Source of the DNA: an uncultured Collinsella sp.
GTDB taxonomy: Bacteria; Actinomycetota; Coriobacteriia; Coriobacteriales; Coriobacteriaceae
Assembly (NCBI GenBank): GCA_902493545.1
Contig: CABUQI010000001.1
Location: forward strand, 10,802-74,801
DNA length: 64,000 nucleotides
Reading direction: 5' to 3'
Shown: positions 36,892 to 47,250 of the stretch, in pieces
Numbering within the stretch: position 1 is the first letter of the stretch
Layout: each line of letters opens with the position of its first letter
Program-made: the position numbers and the translations under genes
The notes under the pieces: model-generated
Told to the model about the DNA's origin: nothing
What the model saw: the letters and a program-made list of their open reading frames with translations, nothing else
The model's database searches: none

Positions 36892-37362
36892 CTAGCGTGC
36901 GATCTTGGCGATGGTGTAGACGCGGGTCTTGCCGGAAGGCGTAACGACCTCGACGGAGTCGCCCTCGCCATGACCAATGATGGCGTGGCCGACCGGAGAC
37001 TCGTTGGAGATCTTGTGCTCGAGCGAGTTGGTCTCGGTAGTACCGACAAGCGTGACCTCGATGAGCTCACCATTGGGGTCGACCAGGGTAACAGTCGAGC
37101 CAATGGAGACGGTCAGGTCGCCCGTGCTGGCAGCGATCTGAGCGTTGGCGAGGATGGCCTGGATCTCGGCGATACGAGCGGCGTTCTGGGCCTGCTTGTC
37201 CTTGGCGGCATCGTACTCGGAGTTCTCCGAAAGGTCGCCGAACGCGCGGGCTTCCTTGATGTCCTCGACGATCTCCTTGGCGTAATCGCCCTCACGCCAA
37301 GCGAGCTCCTCGACGAGCTTCTGGCGGCCCTCAGCGGTCAGTACGATCTGGCTTGCGTCCAT
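36892..37362 (-). CDS. greA: Transcription elongation factor GreA
   Basis: FGDLSENSEYDAAK, ISNESPVG. Confidence 0.97.
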   Translation of the reverse strand: MDASQIVLTAEGRQKLVEELAWREGDYAKEIVEDIKEARAFGDLSENSEYDAAKDKQAQNAARIAEIQAILANAQIAASTGDLTVSIGSTVTLVDPNGELIEVTLVGTTETNSLEHKISNESPVGHAIIGHGEGDSVEVVTPSGKTRVYTIAKIAR

Positions 37363-37469
37363 ACGGATATCTCCCCAACTATGATGTAACGATCAACTGT
37401 CAACAAAAACGAAAAAGACCGGCTAGCCTGCGGGCAAGCCGGTCAGGTGCTCACCCCAAAGGGATGGGA

Positions 37470-37745
37470 CTACTCTGCGTCCGCGTCGCTGTCCTCTGCC
37501 TTCTTTTGCTTGGCAGCAGCGAGCTTAGCCTCGAGCTCTGCGATCTCCTTGTCCTCCTTGGACTCCTCGACCACAACCTCCTCGGCCTGCTTGGTTTCGC
37601 CCTTATCGTCGCCTTCCATACCCTCGCGGATATTCTTGACGGTAGAGCCGAGGGACTTACCGAGCTTCGGCAGGTTCTTGGGCCCAAAGATAATCAGGAC
37701 AACGACGAGAATAATGATGAGCTCAGGAGCCCTCAGTCCAAACAT
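37470..37745 (-). CDS. tatA: Twin-arginine translocase TatA/TatE subunit
   Basis: PELIIILVVVLIIFGPKNLPKLGKSLG; start at ATG 37745. Confidence 0.9.
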   Translation of the reverse strand: MFGLRAPELIIILVVVLIIFGPKNLPKLGKSLGSTVKNIREGMEGDDKGETKQAEEVVVEESKEDKEIAELEAKLAAAKQKKAEDSDADAE

Positions 37746-37857
37746 GTAGACCTCCACAATACAGCGAGACAAGCTCGAATGAGTATACCGCGGGTATCGC
37801 GGTATCACAACAATAGCTAAAAAAAGGGACCGCAAGAAGCGGTCCCTCCTCATGCTC

Positions 37858-37934
37858 TGGTCGGGTTGACTGGATTTGAACCAGCGACCCCTGCGTCCCG
37901 AACGCAGTGCTCTACCAAACTGAGCCACAACCCG
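37858..37934 (-). tRNA. tRNA-Pro(CGG)
   Basis: CGGGTTG...CAACCCGA-CCA cloverleaf, anticodon CGG; terminator at about 37819-37846. Confidence 0.95.
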
Positions 37935-37983
37935 TTAGCTCGACTATAGTAACAAAGATTTCCGTCGTGTGCCAGAGAAATTT

Positions 37984-38880
37984 TTACTTCTTTGGCGCTT
38001 CAATGCGAACCGTGTCGGAAACGAGCTCCGTTGCATAAGCCCACCAGCCGTTTTGTTGAGCGGCTGCCGCAAGATTGGCTGCCGTGGCGGCGCTATCGCA
38101 GAGAGCAAACGAGCAGGCACCCGAACCGCACACGTTTGCGGCAATGGTACCGTCCTGTGAACGGAGCCAGTCGAGCACCGTTTGGATCCGCGGCTCCATC
38201 TGCGCGGAAATGACACCCAGGTTGTTGTGAACGAGTGCGTAGGCCGCCTCTGCATCTCCCGAGCGAAGGGCAGATGCGATCGCTCCGGGCTTGTCCGCAG
38301 GCGCTGGGGTCTCGTCAAAACGTCGATAGGCTTCAATTGTTGAAACGCTTGCCTCGCGCGGCTTGACCAGCACGACGGGTGTCGCGGGAAGTGCGGGGTA
38401 CTCGGTTGCCAGCACGTCTCCCCCACCCACGTAAAATGCAGGGCTGGCATGCAAAAAGAAGGGAACGTCGGCGCCAATGCCGCGCGCAATGTTGTCCAGC
38501 GCGGAATCGGCACGGTCGATACCCCACAGCTCTGCCAAGGCGACAATGACCGCCGCGGCATCCGTCGAAGGACCGCCCAGGCCGGCACACAACGGGATGC
38601 GCTTCTCGATCGTGATGCAGACGTTGGCTTCGCGACCATAATGCTCGGCCATAGCGAGCGCAGCACGATACGCCGTATTCTTTTGCATGGGAAAGTCGGA
38701 TGTCGGAATCGTCTGAACGGTCAGCGCCTGTGCCGGCGTAACCGTCACGGTATCGACAAGGCCGACGGCTGCCATCAGGGAATCGACCTTATGGTAGCCG
38801 CGGTCGTCACGCTCGGTATGAACCCCCAGATAGAGGTTGATCTTTGCCGGCGCGGAAAGGGTCAGGGACCAATCGGTCAC
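37984..38880 (-). CDS. ispE: 4-diphosphocytidyl-2-C-methyl-D-erythritol kinase
   Basis: APAKINLYL, KRIPLCAGLGGPS, GADVPFF. Confidence 0.93.
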   Translation of the reverse strand: MTDWSLTLSAPAKINLYLGVHTERDDRGYHKVDSLMAAVGLVDTVTVTPAQALTVQTIPTSDFPMQKNTAYRAALAMAEHYGREANVCITIEKRIPLCAGLGGPSTDAAAVIVALAELWGIDRADSALDNIARGIGADVPFFLHASPAFYVGGGDVLATEYPALPATPVVLVKPREASVSTIEAYRRFDETPAPADKPGAIASALRSGDAEAAYALVHNNLGVISAQMEPRIQTVLDWLRSQDGTIAANVCGSGACSFALCDSAATAANLAAAAQQNGWWAYATELVSDTVRIEAPKK

Positions 38881-38882
38881 CG

Positions 38883-39179
38883 CTAGTGCTCCTCGAGCTG
38901 ATTGCCGAGCGGAGTAAAAATGTGCTCGCCGCTCTCGGGGTCGAACAGCTCGACCTGGCCGGTGAGAACATCAATATACTGGTAGGACTGACGCGACTTG
39001 CGGCCACGGCGCTCGTCGACCTCGACGATAAAGACTGCCGGATGGACGCTCTTGATGGTGCCCATGCGCTCGACGACGCGGGTGCGGCCCATGTTGGCCT
39101 TCACCTTAACGCGATCGCCCACCATATCGGTCAGCTTCTCGTGGATGTCGTCGACGTGATTGACTTCCATCTCTTCCAT
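38883..39179 (-). CDS. Veg family protein
   Basis: VGDRVKVKANMGR, HPAVFIV, SYQYIDVLT; upstream of ispE. Confidence 0.85.
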   Translation of the reverse strand: MEEMEVNHVDDIHEKLTDMVGDRVKVKANMGRTRVVERMGTIKSVHPAVFIVEVDERRGRKSRQSYQYIDVLTGQVELFDPESGEHIFTPLGNQLEEH

Positions 39180-39309
39180 GAACAGGGCCTCCAGAAGGTG
39201 CAATTCAAAAAGGGGATAATACCCCTAAGATAGACAAAACTCTAATATTATAGCACCCTGTTGTGGCCATACGCAAGTAGCTAAAAAAGCCCGGTCCCAA
39301 ATTGACTAC

Positions 39310-39756
39310 TTACAGACTATCGGTGTCCAAGACGATGGTGAATGGGCCGTCGTTGACGAGATCGACTTTCATATCGGCGCCAAAGATGCCGTGCGCCACG
39401 TGTTCGACATCTTGGCGAACGAGCGTCAGGAAGTACTCGTAGAGCTCGTTGGCGACATCGGGGGCGCCAGCATCCGTAAACGATGGACGGCGGCCGTGAC
39501 GGCAATCGGCGAACAGCGTGAACTGCGACACCACGAGAACCTCGCCGTCGACATCGGCAAGTGCCAGGTTGGTCTTGCCGTTCTCGTCCTCGTTAATGCG
39601 CAAGCCCCGGAGCTTTCCCCACAGCTTATCGGCCTCGGCGCGCGTGTCGCCGTGGCCCACGCCCAGCAGCACCAGATAGCCGCGCCCAATTTTGCCCACG
39701 CACTCACCGTCGACCGTCACGCCGGCGTTGAGCACGCGCTGCACTACCGCACGCAC
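39310..39756 (-). CDS. dtd: D-aminoacyl-tRNA deacylase
   Basis: MRAVVQRV, SQFTL, NDGPFT. Confidence 0.96.
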   Translation of the reverse strand: MRAVVQRVLNAGVTVDGECVGKIGRGYLVLLGVGHGDTRAEADKLWGKLRGLRINEDENGKTNLALADVDGEVLVVSQFTLFADCRHGRRPSFTDAGAPDVANELYEYFLTLVRQDVEHVAHGIFGADMKVDLVNDGPFTIVLDTDSL

Positions 39757-39759
39757 GGC

Positions 39760-40401
39760 CTACTCCTCGCCCGTCAGTTTGGCGGATAGGTGCTCGAGCG
39801 CATGGAATCGATGGCTGATGGCGTTCTTCTCGTCCGCCGTCAGCTCGGCCATGGTCTTGCCCGGCGTGTCGACCGGCAGGAACAGCGGGTCGTAGCCAAA
39901 GCCGTGATCGCCGCGACCCTCGTGTGCGATAACGCCCTCGCAGGCGCCTTCACCATAGGTGACCAAACCATCCGTGTCGATGAGCGCGACGACGCTCATA
40001 AAGCGCGCAGTGCGGTCCTCGTCGGCCACGCCTTCCAGGTTAACGAGGAGCTTGGCATTGTTGGCGGCATCGTCGCCGTGAACGCCCGCGTAGCGCGCGC
40101 TATACACACCGGGCTCACCATCCAGCGCATCGACGACCAGACCCGAATCGTCGGCAATGGCCATGAGCCCCGTCTCCTCTACCGCAGCCTGCGCCTTGAT
40201 GATGGCGTTCTCCAAAAACGTCGTACCGTTTTCCTCGGGGTCCTCAAAATCGCCCAGCTGACCGAGCGCCACAAAGCGAACCTCGGGCATAACCTTGCCC
40301 AAAATGGCCTCGATCTCGGTGAGCTTATGGGCGTTGCCCGTTGCCACGACGATGGTCGCCGCCGGGTCGAGGGTGTCGATGTCGATCTTCTCAAGTGCCA
40401 T
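39760..40401 (-). CDS. rdgB: Non-canonical purine NTP pyrophosphatase RdgB/HAM1
   Basis: ATGNAHK, ADDSGL, GFGYDP, SHR. Confidence 0.95.
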   Translation of the reverse strand: MALEKIDIDTLDPAATIVVATGNAHKLTEIEAILGKVMPEVRFVALGQLGDFEDPEENGTTFLENAIIKAQAAVEETGLMAIADDSGLVVDALDGEPGVYSARYAGVHGDDAANNAKLLVNLEGVADEDRTARFMSVVALIDTDGLVTYGEGACEGVIAHEGRGDHGFGYDPLFLPVDTPGKTMAELTADEKNAISHRFHALEHLSAKLTGEE

Positions 40402-40493
40402 GAGTGGTCTCCTTGTCCGTATAGCAAAGTCACGTAAAAGGGACCGGTCCGTCGGCGTCTCCCCTTTCATGTGGCATCAACCTTATCTATCGG

Positions 40494-40545
40494 CGTTTCC
40501 GCAGATAAAACCTGCCAAAATAAACCTGTCCCTTTTTGGTAGGTT
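40494..40545. repeat. REP-like hairpin with GGGACAGG loop, inverted copy of 2145-2196
   Basis: Near-identical reverse complement; starts at the rph stop codon. Confidence 0.8.
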
Positions 40546-41269
40546 AGGCGAGGGCTTGGCGCTGGAGCTCGATGAGCTCGGCAATGCCCTTGTCGCCCAA
40601 ATCGAGCAGGGAATTGAGGCGCTTGCGGTCGAAGGGCGCCTGCTCGCCAGTGCCCTGGAGCTCGATCATCTCACCGGTATCGGTGGCGACAAGGTTCATG
40701 TCGACCTCGGCGTGACTGTCCTCGGAATAATCCAGGTCGAGCAGGGTGTTGCCGTCGACAACGCCCATGGAAATCGCGGCGACCTGGCCCGTGAGCGGAA
40801 TGCGCTCGAGCTTACCCGCCTCGACCCACATGGCAAGGGCATCGTGCAGCGCCACCCAGGCGCCGGTAATGCTCGCCGTACGCGTGCCGCCGTCTGCCTG
40901 AATCACGTCACAGTCGACGGTGACGGTGTACTCGCCGAGCGCCTTCATGTTGACGACGGTGCGCAGGCTACGGCCGATGAGGCGCTCAATCTCCATGGAG
41001 CGACCCTTGCGGTTGGCGTGCTCGCGCTTGCAGCGCTTGCCGGTCGATGCCGGCAGCATGGCGTACTCCGCCGTTACCCAACCGGCCTTGGCGCCCTTGC
41101 GCCAGCCCGGCACGCCCTCCTCGATGGTGGCAGCGCACAGCACGCGCGTATCGCCAAACTCGGCCAGGCACGAACCGTGGGCGTGCTTCATGACGCCGCG
41201 AGTAAGCTTGATGGGGCGCAGCTCATCGGCGGCGCGGCCGTTGGCGCGGTTGACCTGCATATACTCCAT
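40544..41269 (-). CDS. rph: Ribonuclease PH
   Basis: GWVTAEYAMLP, EIERLIGRSLR, ADGGTRTASITG. Confidence 0.97.
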   Translation of the reverse strand: MEYMQVNRANGRAADELRPIKLTRGVMKHAHGSCLAEFGDTRVLCAATIEEGVPGWRKGAKAGWVTAEYAMLPASTGKRCKREHANRKGRSMEIERLIGRSLRTVVNMKALGEYTVTVDCDVIQADGGTRTASITGAWVALHDALAMWVEAGKLERIPLTGQVAAISMGVVDGNTLLDLDYSEDSHAEVDMNLVATDTGEMIELQGTGEQAPFDRKRLNSLLDLGDKGIAELIELQRQALA

Positions 41270-41324
41270 AGAAAAATCCTTTCGGCAAAAGAAGAGGGCA
41301 AGTCTTTGGACGGTAACCCTACAT

Positions 41325-42209
41325 CTATTTCAGTTCGTCGATATCGATATGCTCAATGCTCTTGAGCGGCTGGCCAAAGATAAAACTGCCCGCCACCGCA
41401 AATTCGGCAATGTTATCGGACGTCGTTGCAAAACGATGCTGCGGCTCGGCAGCGTCGCCCGCCAGCTGCTCGCGGCGCGTGAGAATATCGGTCAGCTCGC
41501 GCGTGGTCTCCTCGGCGGAACTCACCACGCGCACTCCGGGACCCAGCGCATGGCGAATAGGCCCCACGAGCAGCGGGAAATGCGTGCAGCCGAGCACCAC
41601 GGTATCGATGCCGTGGTCGCGCAGCGGTTCAACCGTGGCGCCGACCAGCGCGCGTACGGCAGGCGTATCAAAGATGTCCTCGTTCTCGAGCCACTGCTCT
41701 TGCAGATGCGCGCCCGAGGCGAGCTCGTGCTCAACGACCTCGACAAAGCTCGAAGCAGGGCAGCCGTATACGTCGACGCCGGCATCCAGGTCCTGAATGG
41801 CACGCGTGTAAGCGCCTGAGCGAATGGTGAGGTTGGTGGCGAGCACGCCCACCCGGCGCGTGCGGGTGCTGTTGATTGCCGCGCGTGCGCCCGGTGCGAT
41901 CACACCGATGACGGGGACGTCGAGCACCTGCTGGGCCAAGCGCAAGGCCGCAGCGGTCGCCGTATTGCAGGCGATGACCATGATCTTGACGTCGTGCTTC
42001 GACAGCCAACGGCCCGCCTGCAGTGCAAATGTGCGCACCTCGTCCTCGGTGCGGGTGCCGTAGGGGCAGCGCTTGGTGTCGCCAAAGTAGTAGACGGACT
42101 CGTGCGGCAACGCCGTTGCGATGGCGCGTGCAACCGTCAGACCGCCCAGACCAGAATCGAACACGCCAATCGGGCGCGTGTCGCCTGCCGGATTCTCGAT
42201 ATCGGACAT
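41325..42209 (-). CDS. murI: Glutamate racemase
   Basis: FDSGLGGLTV, ACNTAT, LGCTHF. Confidence 0.96.
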   Translation of the reverse strand: MSDIENPAGDTRPIGVFDSGLGGLTVARAIATALPHESVYYFGDTKRCPYGTRTEDEVRTFALQAGRWLSKHDVKIMVIACNTATAAALRLAQQVLDVPVIGVIAPGARAAINSTRTRRVGVLATNLTIRSGAYTRAIQDLDAGVDVYGCPASSFVEVVEHELASGAHLQEQWLENEDIFDTPAVRALVGATVEPLRDHGIDTVVLGCTHFPLLVGPIRHALGPGVRVVSSAEETTRELTDILTRREQLAGDAAEPQHRFATTSDNIAEFAVAGSFIFGQPLKSIEHIDIDELK

Positions 42210-42262
42210 TACCTCACCAGATTCTCTCTCGAAAAGATATGGCTCAGCGCGATAGGACCGCA

Positions 42263-43174
42263 CTACGAACGGGCCGCGACGAGCAGCTCTGCCGTTGCCG
42301 CCCAGCCATCGACAATCTTGCCGCGCGTGACGTAGGCGTTATCGCAAACATCCAGGAACTCGGGCGCGCCGGCGCTGGTCAAACCGTTCTCGACCAGGCA
42401 GAACGTGCCCACGTGGTCAGCCATGTAGAAGTCGGACTCGGAATCGCCGAGCGCCAGCGTCTCCTCGCGCTCGATACCCAGGTGCTCGCAGAAACGTGCG
42501 ATGGCAACGCCCTTGTTGAGACCGGCGGGATTGATGTTAAACGCGCGGCCATCCTCGACGCGTTCGAGCTCGAGCGTCGTCGGTTTGGACAGATGGGTCA
42601 GATGGCCGTTGCAGGCCCAGACCAGGCCGCAGCCGGCCTCGTCAAGAATGGCCTGGACCTCGTCGTCGGGCACATCGCCGCGCATGCCGACGGTGACCTC
42701 GCGGTACTTGTAGCCAGTCGACATGTCGTTGTGGTACTCGATCTTATGCGGCCAGCGGGCGAGAATCTTCTCGCACACGCCGGTCTGCTCGATCACCTGA
42801 TGCGGCGTGAGGCCGCAGGCGGGGTCGTAGGGCATATCGCCGGTCAGATACTCCCAATCGTTGGCCTTGAGATTGTACATGACCAGGCCGCCCATCTCGC
42901 CGATGTAGGAGTTGAGGCCGAGCACGCGCGCATCCTCGTGGATCATAGTGCGGTTGCGACCCGAGGTGGGGACCACCTGGATGCCGGCACGGGCAAGTGC
43001 CACGACAGCCTCGACGAGCTTGGTCGAGGGGTTGCCGTCGTTGTCGCGCAGCACGCACGAGCCGGGCGCAAGCATGGTGGCGTCCAGGTCGGTAAAGACA
43101 TAGTTGACCTTTGCGAGACGCTCGCGCATCTCGCCCGAAAGCTCGGCGACGGTCGGCAGGGTATTGTGGGACAT
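42263..43174 (-). CDS. HAD-IIB (Cof-like) phosphatase
   Basis: FTDLDAT, TSGR, NKG, GDSESD. Confidence 0.85.
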   Translation of the reverse strand: MSHNTLPTVAELSGEMRERLAKVNYVFTDLDATMLAPGSCVLRDNDGNPSTKLVEAVVALARAGIQVVPTSGRNRTMIHEDARVLGLNSYIGEMGGLVMYNLKANDWEYLTGDMPYDPACGLTPHQVIEQTGVCEKILARWPHKIEYHNDMSTGYKYREVTVGMRGDVPDDEVQAILDEAGCGLVWACNGHLTHLSKPTTLELERVEDGRAFNINPAGLNKGVAIARFCEHLGIEREETLALGDSESDFYMADHVGTFCLVENGLTSAGAPEFLDVCDNAYVTRGKIVDGWAATAELLVAARS

Positions 43175-43208
43175 GGTCACTCCATTTACGTAGAAGGGGC
43201 TTCTGGTC

Positions 43209-44726
43209 TTAGGCGTCGTACGCCGCAAGGGTGCGCTTGAGAATCGAACCGTCGCGCTCACAAGACTCGGGTCCGTTCTTGCGCAGCATACGCTCTTCTT
43301 CGCCCTTACCGGTCACGATGACCACGGCAGGACGGACGGTTTCGCGCACGGCAGTCTCGATAGCGGCAACGCGATCAGTCACGATTTGCCAGTTATCATT
43401 TCCCTGCGCTTGAACGTTGCGCGCGATCTCGGCGCAGATATCCTCGACGTCCTCGGGGCCGGGGTCATCCTCGGTAATCACGATTCGGTCGGCATACTTG
43501 CCAGCAGCGATACCCATTGTGGTGCGTCGATCGACACCCTTACCGCCCGTAGCGCCAAATACAACCGCCAGCTCGCGCTCGGGATAGTTCTCGCGCAAGT
43601 CACGCAGAAGCGTCTCGAGGCTCATGCCGTTATGTGCAAAATCGACGATGCCCAGGATTTTGCCCGATACGGACGGATAGAGCTCCATGCGGCCGGGAAC
43701 GAAGACGCCCTCAAAGCCATGGACGATACCCTCTTCAGAAATGCCCAGGGCCTCGGCGCAGGCAATAGCGGCAAGCGCGTTGGACACATTGAACTTAACC
43801 GGCGTGGGAATCACAATGTCGCGCGTAAAGCGGGGCGTGCGCACCGTTGCCACCACGCCGCAGTCGCCATTACGAATCGCCAGCGCAAACACGTCGGCAC
43901 GCTCGTCGGTCAAGGAGAACGTCACCGTACGTTCGCAACGAGATGCCGCCTCGAGCACACGATCGACCTTATCCATATCGAGATTGACCACGGCAAAACG
44001 GCTCTGCGAGAAGATTTTGAGCTTGCTGGCAAAGTAATCCTCGAGCGTCGGATGCTCAATCGGCGAAATGTGATCCTCGCCGATATTGGTAAAGGCGCCG
44101 ACTTCAAAGGCGATCTTGCCCGTGCGCTCGTATTTGAGGCCCTGGCTCGATGCCTCCATAACCAGCCACGGGGCACCCGCCTCCGCAGCATGCGCGATGC
44201 GAGACTGCAGCAGGAAGGATTCGGGGGTTGTCAGCTTGGAAGGGCCTGCCTCGATGCCGTCGTCGAACTCAATGCCCGTATTAAGAGCGGGCCGATGACA
44301 GCCCGTAAGCTTGGCCTCGTTGGCGAGAATGCCTCGCAGATAAAAGCTACAGGTCGACTTGCCCTTGGTGCCTGTAAAGGCGCAGACCTTCACCTTACCC
44401 GACGGGTGCCCATAAAAGGCATCTGCCACCACGGCGAGCGTGCGACGAATATCACTCACAATCACCGCGGGAACATCAACATCGTAATCGACCTCGGAAA
44501 CGTAGGCCACGGCGCCATCGGCGATTGCCGAAAGCAGGTACTCGCGCTTAAACGCACGGCCCTTGCAGACAAACAACGTGCCTGGACGCACCTGGCGCGA
44601 GTCATCAGTCGCAAACTCAATACGCTGGTCGCACGAATCGCTCGGTCTGGAAACAACAAGGTCATCTTCCTCGAGCAACTCTATATAGCGCATCAGAGTT
44701 AGCTTCTCTTGTGTCGGACTCGACAT
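43209..44726 (-). CDS. murE: MurE-type UDP-MurNAc-tripeptide synthetase
   Basis: DDSR, TGTKGKST, TTPES, MEASS, PGRME, VDFAHN, EDDPG, TGKG. Confidence 0.85.
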   Translation of the reverse strand: MSSPTQEKLTLMRYIELLEEDDLVVSRPSDSCDQRIEFATDDSRQVRPGTLFVCKGRAFKREYLLSAIADGAVAYVSEVDYDVDVPAVIVSDIRRTLAVVADAFYGHPSGKVKVCAFTGTKGKSTCSFYLRGILANEAKLTGCHRPALNTGIEFDDGIEAGPSKLTTPESFLLQSRIAHAAEAGAPWLVMEASSQGLKYERTGKIAFEVGAFTNIGEDHISPIEHPTLEDYFASKLKIFSQSRFAVVNLDMDKVDRVLEAASRCERTVTFSLTDERADVFALAIRNGDCGVVATVRTPRFTRDIVIPTPVKFNVSNALAAIACAEALGISEEGIVHGFEGVFVPGRMELYPSVSGKILGIVDFAHNGMSLETLLRDLRENYPERELAVVFGATGGKGVDRRTTMGIAAGKYADRIVITEDDPGPEDVEDICAEIARNVQAQGNDNWQIVTDRVAAIETAVRETVRPAVVIVTGKGEEERMLRKNGPESCERDGSILKRTLAAYDA

Positions 44727-45010
44727 ACAAAGACCTCTCTCGCTAAATTCAGCCTTAAAGGGCAAAAGACGTCCCGCGGCAGAAACGATGAAACATTCTG
44801 TATTATCAACCATCCTAATATGCCACCTGACCTTGCGCGCATTGCAGCCTTCTAAAAAATTGCATGGACTGTGCTGTGGGCCAATAAATGACAACAGTGT
44901 CCACCCCGTGTAAAAACAGGGAAATCTGGGTGCTATTCTTTATCCAAATGTCTTGATGTGCCTCATTGACTCACAATGCCGACCCATCATGCCCAAGCAA
45001 AGGATTCCAG

Positions 45011-47059
45011 ATGAAACGACACTTCGAACGTCGCCACCGCTCGGCACATGTCCAGTTGACCCGGCGCATCGTCTGCGCCTTCGTGACGGTCGTTGTGGCC
45101 CTTGCCACCATCATCGGCGCGAGCGGCTGTTCGTCCTCCCAGAACGCCTCGAGCACCTACACACTCGTCGAGAATGGCAAGTTCACCGTCGCAAGTGACT
45201 TGGCCACACCCCCGTTTGAATACGTCAACGATTCCGGCGAAGACCAGGGCTTTACCTATGAACTCATGGGCATGATCGCGGACGAGCTCGGTCTGGAGCT
45301 CAACTACTTGCCGGCGCAAAAGTTCGACGGCATTATCCCCATGGTCAAACAGGGTGTAAAGACCGATGTCGGCGCATGTAACATCACGATTACCGACGAG
45401 CGCAAGGAAGAGGTCGACTTCACCGACCCCTATATCGACTCCAACCAGGGCGTCGCAGTTGCAAAGAATACTGGATGCGACACGGTCGACAGCCTCAACG
45501 CACCGGGCGTCAAAATTGCCGTGCAGTCGGGCACCACATCCGAGGAGTGGGCAATCGAGAACCTGCCGCAGGCAACCACCGTCAACTTTGACGACTGGAC
45601 GGCAGCCTTCACCGCCGTCATGAGTAGTCAGTGCCAGGCGGTCGTATGCGATCTTCCCGTTGAGCAGTGGATGGTTTCGAACTCCTTTACCGGTATGGAG
45701 ATCATCAAAGAGGTTCCGACGGGCGAGCAGTTTGGCATTGCCGTCTCTAAAGACAACCCCGAGCTGACACAGGCCATCAACGATGCCCTTGCCAAGATCA
45801 AGAGCTCCGGCGCCTATGACAAACTGTACGAGAAGTGGTTTGGCATGGCACCCACGAGCGGGTCCGATAACGAGGATGCCTCGAGCTCAGAGGACGCGAC
45901 GGGCGCTTCACTCGCCGTCACCTCGGCGACCGCCAAGTCAAACGAAGACGGCGGCAACGGCGTGCTCGGCGGCATCGCAACCCGCCTGACCTGGGAAGCG
46001 ACAACGGGTAGCGACGAGGGCGACGTTTCGCAAATTGAGCTTGAGCTGCCCGAAGGCGGGTCATTTGAAAGCACCGATGTTAAGGTCACGCTGCTCGACG
46101 GACTGAACCAGACGGGTGTCAAGGCATCGTGCTCGCTGGACGGCTCAAAGCTCGTCATCAAGTTCGCCGATCCCGTCGCTGCCGGCTCGCAGATTCGCGT
46201 TGTCGTCCCCGACGTCGTATTCCCGAGCAACGCGGGTGCCTATGCCGTCACCGGCAGCTATGTCACCGACGGCGACAAGCGAGATCTTCCCGAGAGCCCC
46301 ACCATCAGCGTCTCGGAGAGCACCATGGTGCAAGAAATCGTCGCCTGGCTCGATGCCCAGCCTTGGGTTGCCGCATGGAACTCCAACCCGTTTTTGGGCA
46401 TGTTCTGCAAGCCGCAGATTATCGTCACCTCAATCGCCTCGCTCTTTAAGGGCTGGGGCATAGCACTTGCCGTGACCGCCATCGGTTTTCCGCTCGCCAT
46501 CCCCATCGGCTTGCTGTTTGCCTTTATGAAAATCAGTCATAGTCGTATGCTGCGCGGCATCGCCGTGACATACATCAACGTCCTGCGCGGAACCCCGCTC
46601 TTCCTGCAGATCTACATTGCGTTCTTTGGGTTCCCTATGATCGGTCTCAACGTGCCCAATCTGCCGCTCGGCGTTGGCGTGCTCGCCATCAACTGTTCGG
46701 CCTATCTTGCCGAGATTTTCCGTGCCGGCATCGAGAGCGTACCGCATGGTCAAGCGGAAGCTGCCTACTCGCTTGGCATGACTTGGTCCCAAGTTATGTC
46801 GCGCATCGTGGTCCCGCAGGCTGTACGTTACGTTATACCGACTATGACCAGCGAGTTCGTTATGCTGTACAAGGACACGTCGCTGCTTTCGAGCGTTGGC
46901 GTCATGGAGCTCATGCTGTTCTCCAAAAACCTCACGGCCACCACGGGCAACATTACGCCTTACATTTGCGCCGCACTTTACTATCTGGTCGTGACGATTC
47001 CGCTCATCCACATCGTCACCAAGGTGGAGCACCGTCTCGCCGAGCGCAGCAAGCGCTAA
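45011..47059 (+). CDS. Polar amino acid ABC transporter: lipoprotein SBP, extra beta-rich domain and permease in one chain
   Basis: Lipobox-like ASGC; PPFEY, ITDERKEEVDFTDPY (SBP_bac_3); RGTPL, AEIFRAGI, KDTSL permease motifs. Confidence 0.88.
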   Translation: MKRHFERRHRSAHVQLTRRIVCAFVTVVVALATIIGASGCSSSQNASSTYTLVENGKFTVASDLATPPFEYVNDSGEDQGFTYELMGMIADELGLELNYLPAQKFDGIIPMVKQGVKTDVGACNITITDERKEEVDFTDPYIDSNQGVAVAKNTGCDTVDSLNAPGVKIAVQSGTTSEEWAIENLPQATTVNFDDWTAAFTAVMSSQCQAVVCDLPVEQWMVSNSFTGMEIIKEVPTGEQFGIAVSKDNPELTQAINDALAKIKSSGAYDKLYEKWFGMAPTSGSDNEDASSSEDATGASLAVTSATAKSNEDGGNGVLGGIATRLTWEATTGSDEGDVSQIELELPEGGSFESTDVKVTLLDGLNQTGVKASCSLDGSKLVIKFADPVAAGSQIRVVVPDVVFPSNAGAYAVTGSYVTDGDKRDLPESPTISVSESTMVQEIVAWLDAQPWVAAWNSNPFLGMFCKPQIIVTSIASLFKGWGIALAVTAIGFPLAIPIGLLFAFMKISHSRMLRGIAVTYINVLRGTPLFLQIYIAFFGFPMIGLNVPNLPLGVGVLAINCSAYLAEIFRAGIESVPHGQAEAAYSLGMTWSQVMSRIVVPQAVRYVIPTMTSEFVMLYKDTSLLSSVGVMELMLFSKNLTATTGNITPYICAALYYLVVTIPLIHIVTKVEHRLAERSKR

Positions 47060-47250
47060 CCGCTCATACATAGCGTTCACAACCACGACCCGCCGCTTCA
47101 TCTGAAGATCGGGCCGTGGTTTTTTCGGTTCGCTCGGCGCTTATGCCCTATCACGAAACAAAAGATTGGCATGATAGTAAAGATTATTTGACATCAGCTG
47201 CCGCAATCCTTGCGGCAGTACACCTGAGCCGTCAGCAGAAAGGATCTTGC

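Noticed and set aside
37470..37928. 152-aa version of tatA from the ORF track
   Set aside because: The extension overlaps tRNA-Pro and its terminator; ATG 37745 has a GGAGG RBS.
45011..45130. Tat signal (TRR) on the SBP-permease fusion
   Set aside because: Lacks the F-L-K part of the consensus, and a Sec lipoprotein signal explains the N-terminus.
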